This document shows positions 22,478 through 33,544 of a stretch of DNA of 64,000 nt, piece by piece. The stretch's first letter is position 1, and each line of letters opens with the position of its first letter. The notes under the pieces were generated by a model, which saw nothing but the letters and a program-made list of their open reading frames with translations, did not search any database and had not been told where the DNA came from. The DNA is from Gekko japonicus (taxonomy: Eukaryota): positions 613,696 to 677,695 of the forward strand of contig NW_015169173.1 in assembly GCF_001447785.1 (NCBI RefSeq). Reading direction: 5' to 3'. The position numbers and the translations under genes were made by a program.

Positions 22478-24787
22478 TGTAACAGGCTGGATTAACCCCC
22501 CGGCCAGAGCAACCCCGGGGTTACTCTGGCCGGGGGGGTGAATCTGGCCTGTTACAGCCGGCCAGATTAACCCGGGGTTACTCTAGCCTAGGCCAGAATA
22601 ACCCCTCCGGGGTTATTCTAGGCTAGGCCAGAATAACCCCGGGGTTACTCTGGCCGGGGGGGTGAATCTGGCCTGTTACAGCCGGCCAGATTAACCCGGG
22701 GTTACTCTAGCCTAGGCCAGAATAACCCCTCCGGGGTTATTCTAGGCTAGGCCAGAATAACCCCGGGGTTACTCTGGCCGGGGGGGTGAATCTGGCCTGT
22801 TACAGCCGGCCAGATTAACCCGGGGTTACTCTAGCCTAGGCCAGAATAACCCCTCCGGGGTTATTCTAGGCTAGGCCAGAATAACCCCGGGGTTACTCTG
22901 GCCGGGGGGGTGAATCTGGCCTGTTACAGCCGGCCAGATTAACCCGGGGTTACTCTAGCCTAGGCCAGAATAACCCCTCCGGGGTTATTCTAGGCTAGGC
23001 CAGAATAACCCCGGGGTTACTCTGGCCGGGGGGGTGAATCTGGCCTGTTACAGCCGGCCAGATTAACCCGGGGTTACTCTAGCCTAGGCCAGAATAACCC
23101 CTCCGGGGTTATTCTAGGCTAGGCCAGAATAACCCCGGGGTTACTCTGGCCGGGGGGGTGAATCTGGCCTGTTACAGCCGGCCAGATTAACCCGGGGTTA
23201 CTCTAGCCTAGGCCAGAATAACCCCTCCGGGGTTATTCTAGGCTAGGCCAGAATAACCCCGGGGTTACTCTGGCCGGGGGGGTGAATCTGGCCTGTTACA
23301 GCCGGCCAGATTAACCCGGGGTTACTCTAGCCTAGGCCAGAATAACCCCTCCGGGGTTATTCTAGGCTAGGCCAGAATAACCCCGGGGTTACTCTGGCCG
23401 GGGGGGTGAATCTGGCCTGTTACAGCCGGCCAGATTAACCCGGGGTTACTCTAGCCTAGGCCAGAATAACCCCTCCGGGGTTATTCTAGGCTAGGCCAGA
23501 ATAACCCCGGGGTTACTCTGGCCGGGGGGGTGAATCTGGCCTGTTACAGCCGGCCAGATTAACCCGGGGTTACTCTAGCCTAGGCCAGAATAACCCCTCC
23601 GGGGTTATTCTAGGCTAGGCCAGAATAACCCCGGGGTTACTCTGGCCGGGGGGGTGAATCTGGCCTGTTACAGCCGGCCAGATTAACCCGGGGTTACTCT
23701 AGCCTAGGCCAGAATAACCCCTCCGGGGTTATTCTAGGCTAGGCCAGAATAACCCCGGGGTTACTCTGGCCGGGGGGGTGAATCTGGCCTGTTACAGCCG
23801 GCCAGATTAACCCGGGGTTACTCTAGCCTAGGCCAGAATAACCCCTCCGGGGTTATTCTAGGCTAGGCCAGAATAACCCCGGGGTTACTCTGGCCGGGGG
23901 GGTGAATCTGGCCTGTTACAGCCGGCCAGATTAACCCGGGGTTACTCTAGCCTAGGCCAGAATAACCCCTCCGGGGTTATTCTAGGCTAGGCCAGAATAA
24001 CCCCGGGGTTACTCTGGCCGGGGGGGTGAATCTGGCCTGTTACAGCCGGCCAGATTAACCCGGGGTTACTCTAGCCTAGGCCAGAATAACCCCTCCGGGG
24101 TTATTCTAGGCTAGGCCAGAATAACCCCGGGGTTACTCTGGCCGGGGGGGTGAATCTGGCCTGTTACAGCCGGCCAGATTAACCCGGGGTTACTCTAGCC
24201 TAGGCCAGAATAACCCCTCCGGGGTTATTCTAGGCTAGGCCAGAATAACCCCGGGGTTACTCTGGCCGGGGGGGTGAATCTGGCCTGTTACAGCCGGCCA
24301 GATTAACCCGGGGTTACTCTAGCCTAGGCCAGAATAACCCCTCCGGGGTTATTCTAGGCTAGGCCAGAATAACCCCGGGGTTACTCTGGCCGGGGGGGTG
24401 AATCTGGCCTGTTACAGCCGGCCAGATTAACCCGGGGTTACTCTAGCCTAGGCCAGAATAACCCCTCCGGGGTTATTCTAGGCTAGGCCAGAATAACCCC
24501 GGGGTTACTCTGGCCGGGGGGGTGAATCTGGCCTGTTACAGCCGGCCAGATTAACCCGGGGTTACTCTAGCCTAGGCCAGAATAACCCCTCCGGGGTTAT
24601 TCTAGGCTAGGCCAGAATAACCCCGGGGTTACTCTGGCCGGGGGGGTGAATCTGGCCTGTTACAGCCGGCCAGATTAACCCGGGGTTACTCTAGCCTAGG
24701 CCAGAATAACCCCTCCGGGGTTATTCTAGGCTAGGCCAGAATAACCCCGGGGTTACTCTGGCCGGGGGGTTAATCCGGCCTGTTACA
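22478..24787. mobile_element. Ginger1-like non-autonomous DNA transposon filled with a tandem array
   Basis: TGTAACAGG...CCTGTTACA termini; ~54-bp TIRs with 3 mismatches; CCGG at 22474-22477 and 24788-24791; empty site at ~31961 in the paralogous copy. Confidence 0.7.
22511..24770. repeat. 124-bp tandem array, ~18 apparently identical copies, each with three CCGG-centred palindromes
   Basis: GCCAGATTAA at 22561, 22685 ... 24421 (1860 bp = 15 x 124). Confidence 0.97.
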
Positions 24788-25654
24788 CCGGCTTTACAGC
24801 AATCTTATCCAAAACATCACAGCAAAGCGGGTTTAAGAAAGACTGAAGAAAAGCTTGGAAACCTTCAGAGGGTGCAGAGACCCACCACAGTGGTATGGGT
24901 AAGCAGGATCTCATAATCAACATTATTGTGCTCAAGTCACATTTATGATTTCTGACATCAAAAAGTATAATTATCAGGCCTAATCCAATGCTTCATAAAT
25001 GGAATTTTGTTCATATTAACTGTCAACTGTCTGTAAAATTAATTTGCACTAGTCTGTAAAAAATTCACAACCCCTGCAAATCAGGAATGCACTCTGAGTT
25101 TTGGACCTAGCAGAAACTAAGCTACTGACAAGATTCATTTTGGCACAGCTCTCAGTTACTCACGTTAATTTGGCACTAAGGGGCTTCCATCTTTTGATTA
25201 CTGGAATTGTCATCTACAGTTTACAAGGACTGAGAAAAATGTTTTCTTGTTGGACTCTAAAAATGTGCACTTTATCGTTGTGTTGCATTACAGCATGATT
25301 GATATTTATATAATAATTTTTCATGTTTAAAAAAGATTACCCTTACACAGTTGTTCGTCATGCTGAAAGCATTGTAGACATTTCCAGAACTACAAAATAT
25401 GCCCCACATTAACGTGCGACTTAGCCACATCTATAAATTATATTGGGGGTTTAGAGTTCCTTTCTTTCTTTGTATTTTTGAAACAAAGACAATACAAATT
25501 ATGAGTGTTAAACTTGTACAAACACGATAGACCAGTTATTCTTGAAGGGCATTACGACATTCTCTGTTGCAACATAGTGAACTCTCTGGAATGAAGGTCA
25601 TACAACTTTCTAAGATCCAAAAACCTATCACTTTATATTTAAAAAGAAGAAGAA

Positions 25655-25778
25655 GAACATGCAATCAAGTCACAACTGACTCATGGTGACCCCCACAGGG
25701 TATTCTAGGGAAGAGGCACACAGAAGTGGTTTGCCATTGCCTTCCTCTGCATAGCAACCCCAGGCATCCTCGGTTGTC
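25655..25778 (-). mobile_element. 5S-derived SINE truncated at the duplication breakpoint
   Basis: Nearly identical to 32815-32940, where the SINE continues into its 5S head. Confidence 0.7.
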
Positions 25779-25914
25779 AAGTATGAAGATGGTTAGCAGG
25801 ATCTTTTGATTACATATAGCAGAAATATATAAGCTTAACCTGATTTTAGATTATAAATAGTAGTACTGCTAGGGGAAAAAAAAAGCAGCCACAGAGAGTA
25901 CTCCATCTTTCTGT

Positions 25915-26197
25915 GTTATACCTCTGAGGATGCCAGTCACAGGCTGATTGGAGTCAGGCCGATTGGCCTAGGAGTGGGATGTGTGCATACAAATACCCTA
26001 TATCCCATTATGTTTGTAGGAAAGTAGCCATTCCTAACAGTGACGATGTTAATGCCTCTATAGCTCTTACAATAAAATATAACCTTATGATAAGCGTGTA
26101 CTCCTTTGTTTGGCTGTGGAACCTGACATTGGCGAAACGTCAGGTTCTACAATGCCAAGACCACGGCCACACAACCTTGAAAATCTACAACAACTAA
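25915..26197 (+). mobile_element. Penelope-like terminus with an interrupted minimal hammerhead ribozyme motif
   Basis: ACCT-CTGAGGA-TGCC...GGC-GAAAC-GTC-AGGT followed by CCACGGCCACACAACC. Confidence 0.55.
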
Positions 26198-26773
26198 TAA
26201 AGCTTTTAATATATATTGTTGCTAAGATGGAAATGCTTTATATGGTAAAATATTAGTTAGCTTTGTTATGTATGAGAATGTTGATTAGATACTATGACAC
26301 TGTAACTCTCTCGCTTTTATTTTTTCTTTTTGGAAAATTAATTTAAAAAAATTTTTTTAAAGAAAATTTACAAGGCCTGCAATACTTCCCTTAAAATTAT
26401 TTCTTTTAGAGGTCAGTTAAAAGCTTGACACTGCAATTCTATGCACAATTACTCAAGTCTAAACCCCATAGATTTAGCAGATATGACCGGATGTCAGTTG
26501 AGAAAATACAAATGGAGCTACCAATTGCTGCACTTGGCCAGGTTCATCACAGCCATAAGTTTTCTCATTGGCTAGAACAAGGGAGATGGAACAAACTTTC
26601 TTTCAGTCATAGCGATTACTTGCCTCATTGGTTAGAACAAGGGAAGGGGGAACACTGTCAGTGGAACACTCTCAGTGAATGGCCCCCTCCTTCCACTGTT
26701 CTTATTTCTACAGCACCACTTCACTAAATGCTCATGCCCATCAGTGAGATCTCTCTCGGCTATATCCCCTACC

Positions 26774-27672
26774 TTACAGTACTGTTTGATGGAGCTCTTT
26801 GCTGACATTCCCAACAAAAGACACATTATATCTCCAGAGACTTATGTCCCTAATGAGGGATTCTCTTGGAAGCTGTGGTTGCTTAGTAGCCCGGCAATGA
26901 AACAAAAAGCCAACATTCATTGGAGTAAAAACATTGCTTCTGTATGCTTGGAGAGCTTTATGTACAGATTGCTGGACAACTTTCCTTGGATCAATTATCT
27001 TCCGAGGGTTCTCAACTGGATTCTTGTCATGCTCCCTGAAGACATGTTGCAGTACGTTGGTGCCAAGTATCTTTCTCCAAGAGGAAATGTTGAATGGGTC
27101 ATCAGGAGTGAATACATGTTTAGGGGAAAGATGGCTCTCAAAGAAGAAAACAGCAACCATTGGATATTGGCCCAAGGTTCTGCATCATGATTTTCCAGTC
27201 TGGATATTTAATGGGCAGAATAATTTCATCTAAATCATTCAGCAGCACATATTTGCTCCTGTACATGTTGCGATAGATGCAGTCATTTAAGGCTGTGATT
27301 TGTCCATAGTGGCCAGTGTCCTTGGGATCCATTGAGTGATGAAAGTAAGAAGAAACATTGAGGTATAAATCAATTGGCCAGGGAATTATTTCAACAATCC
27401 CCTCTGCGACATAAAAATCCAGCACTTTCTCCATCAGTGGGCTGCAGCTGTTCTTGTAGATCACCACTCGGCCCGCCCCGAGGATTTTATACATCTCCAT
27501 GCTTGTCCTTATAGATACCAGGGGAATCTTCAGGTTTCACTGTATACTGTTTTCAGTGGATATGAGTCTACTCATCTAAGCCTTAATGAAGATCAGGGAT
27601 TTCTCTCTCACAAGCTAGTGATGCCAGCCTCCAGGTGAGACCTGTAGACTGCAAGACATTGTTGAATTCCCG
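26774..27672 (-). pseudogene. GT92 pseudogene (recent duplicate of gene A, 5'-deleted)
   Basis: ORFs 27138-27500 and 26774-27175 match gene A; frameshift near 27170; ~140-bp insertion at 27501-27640; start codon, TM anchor and acceptor missing. Confidence 0.9.
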
Positions 27673-30480
27673 AAGGTAAAAGAAAGTATCTAAAACTTGT
27701 GGAGCTGTGCCCTCCCTTCCGGAATGAACAGGGTGAAGGAATATGGACTACCTTGCTGTCCCAAGAAGTCGTGAAACAGTAGATACATTCCTCTGACGTG
27801 CACCCCAGGCACATGGAAGTGAGGAGCAGAACTCACCAGCCCTCTCTACATGACCCCTCCACATCCATGCTCCATCCCTGTAATTAGGGATGCTGCCTTT
27901 TGAATGTTTCCTGATCATTAGCATATGTATGCACACTTCCTCCACATGGAGGCACTGTGCTCACGATAAGCCAGAGATCATGAGCAGAGTCTGGCCAATG
28001 CACGCATGTCTTCTCTTCAGTTGAATCTGCATTTGCATTTCTAAATCAGTTTCGTGCTGCTGTGACGCCGTCTTTCTCTATGCTTGTTTGAACGTTGTTT
28101 GGAGAAGATTCTTTTAAAGCAGTGCGGGGGTGCAACGACAGTGGAGCCACCACGAAAGGGCGATAAACATAGGTGGACGTGCAAAAGTATGCTAGCACTC
28201 TTGAGATGTGAAGACGAAACCAAATGTAGACAGCTTTTTTGACAATGGAGTCAGAAGGCTAGGACACCGGTGGGAAAGACAAATCCAGATTCGACCGAAT
28301 TCCTGTCCATGTATTGACTAAGTGTGCAGAGGGGTCGTGTGTAGAGGGCTACCTTATCTCCACTCTGGCAGTAGTTTGCTTCACTCAGCTGTGTCGGAAG
28401 TAGGGGATAGGGACTAGGAGTTGTAAGGGAACTTCTCAGCCAGTACAACTTACCAGACTACAAATGTTTGTACAGCATTGCCTACCATAATTTGCTCCTC
28501 TACACAAATGTGACTGTCAGGATGTAAGTAAAAAAAAAGAGGATGGATTAGGGTGTTTTTTTTTGGGGGGGGTGACAGAGTGAAAGAGATGCTTTGGGGG
28601 AGAAGGCTGTATTAGGAAAAACGAACACTGTGACACTCATAGAAACCATGTAAGAGATCGCTGTGCTTGCATGTGACAGGCCTCCATTACAGTCAGAGGG
28701 AAGAATTCTCTCAGAGTTGTAGGCTAAAAACACCTTAACCTTATTGTTAATTTGACAGCCCATCACTCTTCTAAGCAGTTACACACATTATGGATTCTCA
28801 GTTGGATTGTTCTTGTATGGTTTTGTGACATATTTTATTTGGGAAACAAAACACTAAAAGATAAAAATCCAGATTTGAATTTAGCCTAAGGATAGGGATA
28901 GCTCTAGTTCCCACAGTCTTCAGGAAGAAGTTTCATTTGCCAGACAAAAAGGGGAAATCAATACTGGAGGTGTAACAATAGACAAGACCACGAGGGGAAT
29001 TCCAGGCATACTGGTAGTTTCCACGTGGGAACAGGCATGTGTGGTTTCCTCGTTAACTGGTGCAGCTGCTGATACAGCACAGTGGCAATGGTGCCTCCAC
29101 ATGGCACGTTTCCTCACAGTTTGCCTGCCCTAGTCCCCCATTAGTGCCATGGACCTTCCCCCAAATCACTGGGGCTTTCTCAGTTGTTTTAAAAATCAAC
29201 AATTACGTGATGTTCTCGCCCCTCTGTCTGCGTCTTGCTACCTTCCACTGTCCTTCCTCTCCCCTGGCAATTCTCCCTAGCCGGCCTCAGAAACAGGAGG
29301 GAGGTAAGTTAGCCAGGGGTGTAGCCAGAAAATTTTGGGTGGTGGGGCGTTGGGAAATCCTGTGGGGTAGGGGAGCCAGGGGAAAGAGAGAGAGAGAGAG
29401 TGGCAACTGGTGAGCCTGCCCACAGCAGAGGAAGAGGACTCGGCTTGGCGGTGGTGGCCTCACTGCGCCTGCACCAGCCCAGCCATGTGACCTGCCATTA
29501 TGTGACCTGGGCTGGCTCAGTGAAGTCATTGCCACCAAGCTGAGTCCTCTTCCACTGCTGCAGGCAGGCTCACCGCTCACAGCTGGGGTGTCATTTAAAA
29601 GGCGGAAGCCGAGTCCTCTCTTGTGTTTAAAAGGGGAACCTGAGTCCTCTTCCTCAAATACTGGCTTCTTCATCTTCAGGAGTTGTGGGGGACGGACCTC
29701 TGACTGTCTCTCTTTTGGATTTTGCAATGTTTATTTTGCAGTTTTATTTTGCATTTTTTAAAAACTTATTTATTTTTCAGCCCGGAAAAAATAAAATGAG
29801 ACTGAAGCTTCCCTGACTGTGCCCGGGGTCATTTTGGAAGCACCACGCACAAATAATGTTAAAAATATTATTTGAAATTTTTCCACAGGGTAATTCTTAT
29901 CCTTGGGGAGGATAAACGCCTTGGCAGGCCGGCTGGGAAAGAGAAGAGGAGGCTTTTGAATATGCCTCCCCCCCTTTTTTGCTTCCCCAGCCGGCCTGCC
30001 AAGACGGGCTGGGTGGGGGGAAGCAAAGTGAGAAGGGGTTTATCCTCCCCAAGGATAAGAATTACCCTGTGGAAATACAATGGAAAGATCGTGCCACCCC
30101 TGCGGCGCGACTCTAGAGAGAATGGGTTTAAAATATAAACCCCTTCTCTCTTCTTCAGGGGGAAAGGAGGGCATGTCTGACCGCCTCCCCTTCCCCTCCC
30201 CTGCCAACCCACCGGCTTTGGGGCACCTGGAGAAGATCAGGCTGGGAAGCCAGGCATTTAATTCTCCCCCCTTGGGAGAGAGGTGGGGCCTGGGGTCGTT
30301 ACTGCCGGAGCGCTGCTCTGGGGCGCTCCAGCAGGAAATGACCCCTGTGAATATGTCATATAAGTTGTGCTTCTATTTTTGTAAGTAAAATTTCTTTCTC
30401 TTGTTACCATTGGAGTCAGATCATCTTCGTAATTTTTTTTGAACAGCATTTCCCCCTTAACCAGGAATTATGGAGGATAC

Positions 30481-31820
30481 CAGGGGTCTTTTCCTAGAAA
30501 AAGAGCTTCAGAAGCTCATTAACATATGGTATGCTAATGAGATACTAGGCTATTAGCATAATAGCTCATTAGCATATGCAACGCCCCCTGACATCACCGG
30601 AAGTGCGGGGGAAGGCATGTTCAAAAGCCTCCCCTTCCCTTCCCCAGCGGGGGGGGGGGAGCGAAGAGAGAAGGGGTTTAAAGTTTAAACCCCTTCTCAC
30701 TAGAGTTGGGCCGCAGAAGGAGGAAAGAGGGAAGGAAAGAGAGAGAGAGTAGAGAGAAGACTCTGTTAGGTATTGTGATTGTGATTCAGAGGAGATTGAA
30801 ACAATCGAACATGTATTCCTCTATTGTAGTTTGCATGATGACATTCGGGCACTTTATTTAGAAGCTATTCTTAAGAAGGATGTCAAGCAATCTGATGACA
30901 GAATGTTGTACCGTTTACTGGTTTTATATTTAAATATTTTATATATATTATTGGTACCCTTTTGTATTGTTTGTAATTGGGCTGGTGATATACCGAATAA
31001 ACTGAATACTGATACTGATACTGGCTTCACAAAATATAGAGGTTATTGAAGCGGTGGCTAAGTTCTGTAACTGAATCATAATGAGGAAGCTGTGTGTTAA
31101 ACCCATGAATTGAAGGGTGACTGTTTATGATTCTGATCGATGCCAATAAAGGTTTTGNNNNNNNNNNNNNNNNNNNNNNNNNNNNNNNNNNNNNNNNNNN
31201 NNNNNNNNNNNNNNNNNNNNNNNNNNNNNNNNNNNNNNNNNNNNNNNNNNNNNNNNNNNNNNNNNNNNNNNNNNNNNNNNNNNNNNAAAAGGAGAGAATG
31301 AAAGGAGGGAAAGAAAAAAAGCNNNNNNNNNNNNNNNNNNNGAAGGAAAAGAGAGGAAGGAAGGAAGAGAAGTGAAAGAGAGAAAGAAAAGGAGGGAAAG
31401 AAAAGGAAAGGGGAAGGAAAGGAGGGAAAGAAAGAGGGCAAAGAAATGGGGGGAGGCTCTCCCACCCCCACCCCCCAATCAAGCCTCCGCCACCTCCCAC
31501 AGATCCCTCACTTACCCCGGGAGGTGGCAGCAGGGGGGCCTCTTCTGGCCTCCCAGGGTCGCAGTGCTCCGGCACTGGAACTGGGAGGCGGCGGTGGGGC
31601 TCTTCTGGCCTCCCAGGGCCGCAGCACTCCGGTGCTGGCACTGGGAGGCAGCGGGGTGGCCTCTTCTTGGCTCCCAGGGCCGCAGTGCTCTGGCGGTGGC
31701 CCGGGGAGGCAGCAGGGAGCCACAGCACGGAGAGCTGGGGGCGGGGCTTGCTGCTGCCACCTCTGGTGGCTGGGCTCCCAAAGCAGTGCTCCAGTGCACT
31801 CCGGCCCCAAAAGACCCCTG
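30481..31820. mobile_element. Non-autonomous hAT element with a nested LINE 3' fragment and ~60-bp internal repeats
   Basis: CAGGGGTCTTTT...AAAAGACCCCTG; perfect 8-bp TSD GAGGATAC; CDCDSEEIETIEHVFLYC at ~30775; ~3 GC-rich repeats at 31520-31715; contains N gaps. Confidence 0.8.
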
Positions 31821-33075
31821 GAGGATACTGTGTAGAGTTTCTGTGCTTCCAAGTCAACACTGACTTTTTTACATTTAACCCAATAGAAATGACCACCACA
31901 TGGACCGAGGCAGGGGAAATGCCTGCCTTGTGGGTGGCTGTTGCCCATACAGAAGCCATCCCAAGTTTACAGCAATGTTTTCCAAAACATCACAGCAAAG
32001 CGAGTTTAAGAAAGCCTAGAAACCTTCAGAGTGTGCACAGACCCACCACAGTGGAATGGGGAAAGAGGATCTCATATACAACATTATTGTGCTCAAGTTG
32101 CATTGATGATTTCTGGCATCAAAAAGTATCATTATCAGGCTTAATCCAATGCTTCACAACTGAATTTTGTTCCAATTAACTAGCTCCTAAAACAATTTGC
32201 AGTAGTCTGTAAAAAAATTAGCAACCCCTGCATATCAGGAAAAAGAATGCCTCCTCTGAGTTTTGGACATAGCAGAAACTGACTAAGCTATAGACAAGAT
32301 TCATTTTGGTACAGGACTCAGTTCCTCGTGTTAATTGGGCACTAAGGGGCTTCCATCTTTTGATTACTGGAATTGTCATCTACAGTTTACAAGTCTGAGA
32401 GAAATGTTCTCTTGTTGTACTCTAGAAATGTGTACTTTATTGTTGTTTTGTATTATAGCATGATTGATATTTATACAATAATTTTTAATGCTTAAAAAGA
32501 TCAACTTTACACAGTTGTTTGTCACACTGAAAGAATTGTAGACATTTCCAGAACTACAAAATATGCCCCATATTAACATGCAACTTAGCCACATCTATAA
32601 ATTATATTGGGGGTTTAGAGTTCCTTTCTTTCTTTGTATTTTTGAAATAAAAACAACACAAAAATTATGAGTGTTAAACTTGTACAAACACGATAGACCA
32701 GTTATTATTGGAGGGCACTACGACATTCTCTGTTGCAACATAGTGAACTCTCTGGAATGAAGGTCATACAACTTTCTAAGATCCAAAAACCTATCACTTT
32801 ATATTTAAAAAGAAGAAGAAGAACATGCAATCAAGTCACAACTGACTCATGGTGACCCCCACAGGGTATTCTAGGGAAGAGGCACACAGAAGTGGTTTGC
32901 CATTGCCTTCCTCTGCATAGCAACCCCAGGCATCCTTGGTGGTCTTCCATCCAAGTACTGCTTAGTGGACAACTTTGCTTAGCTTCCAAGTTCTGACAAG
33001 CTCAACTGGGTTATGCAGGCTGCATACGTAAGCCATATATTTAAGCTACCAACAAATATGGATGAATTCACTGCA

Positions 33076-33200
33076 ACTCACCTTGTCTGTGGAAGTCAGC
33101 CGTCCTCTTATGCGGCGGTAAAGAGCCAAGTCTTGATGTTAAAGAAAGGAAGTGACTCTTTCAGATTAATGAATCACCACAAGTAAGCAGCCCTAGGGTA
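33076..33200 (-). other. Candidate non-coding first exon and splice donor of GT92 gene A
   Basis: CAAG|GTGAGT donor at 33082/33081, conserved with 54527/54526; TATA-like TATATA near 33225; 5' boundary uncertain. Confidence 0.5.
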
Positions 33201-33544
33201 ACAAATCAGCTCACCTTTCACATGTATATAAACTGCCGAATTAATATACGCATTACAAATATATCTTGGTTAAAGGTTTGGTAATATTTAAACCAACCTT
33301 TATATCCAATCAGAACTTTATCGGTAGCAAGCAACTGTTAATGTTTGTGACCCATAAAACATCGCTTCTTTTCCGCGTATGAATTTTAAAGCGTGCTCTG
33401 TGATGGTGATGGCAGCGACGAAGCAATACTTTTCTGCCACCATTGCGTCTGCATAGTGTAGGCCAGTGGAGCTGTTCTGGATAGTCAGAGGCCTGTTGGG
33501 ACCTGACCTTCAGGAGGATGTAGAATCGAACTGCTCAGGGGTAC

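Larger units (their letters stand above)
26362..32940. repeat. Deleted tandem duplicate of ~9276-25778
   Basis: Collinear blocks: 9276-10470 vs 26362-27672; 16440-16590 vs 27745-27885; 17985-18210 vs 28815-29045; 18487-19560 vs 29284-29910; 20540-20670 vs 30350-30480; 22401-22470 vs 31889-31960; 24792-25778 vs 31965-32940. Confidence 0.9.

Noticed and set aside
22478-24787. CRISPR-like array
   Set aside because: Eukaryotic context, no unique spacers (units are identical) and no cas genes.
31027-31959. 310-aa ORF
   Set aside because: Runs through N gaps, low-complexity purine tracts and GC-rich MITE repeats.
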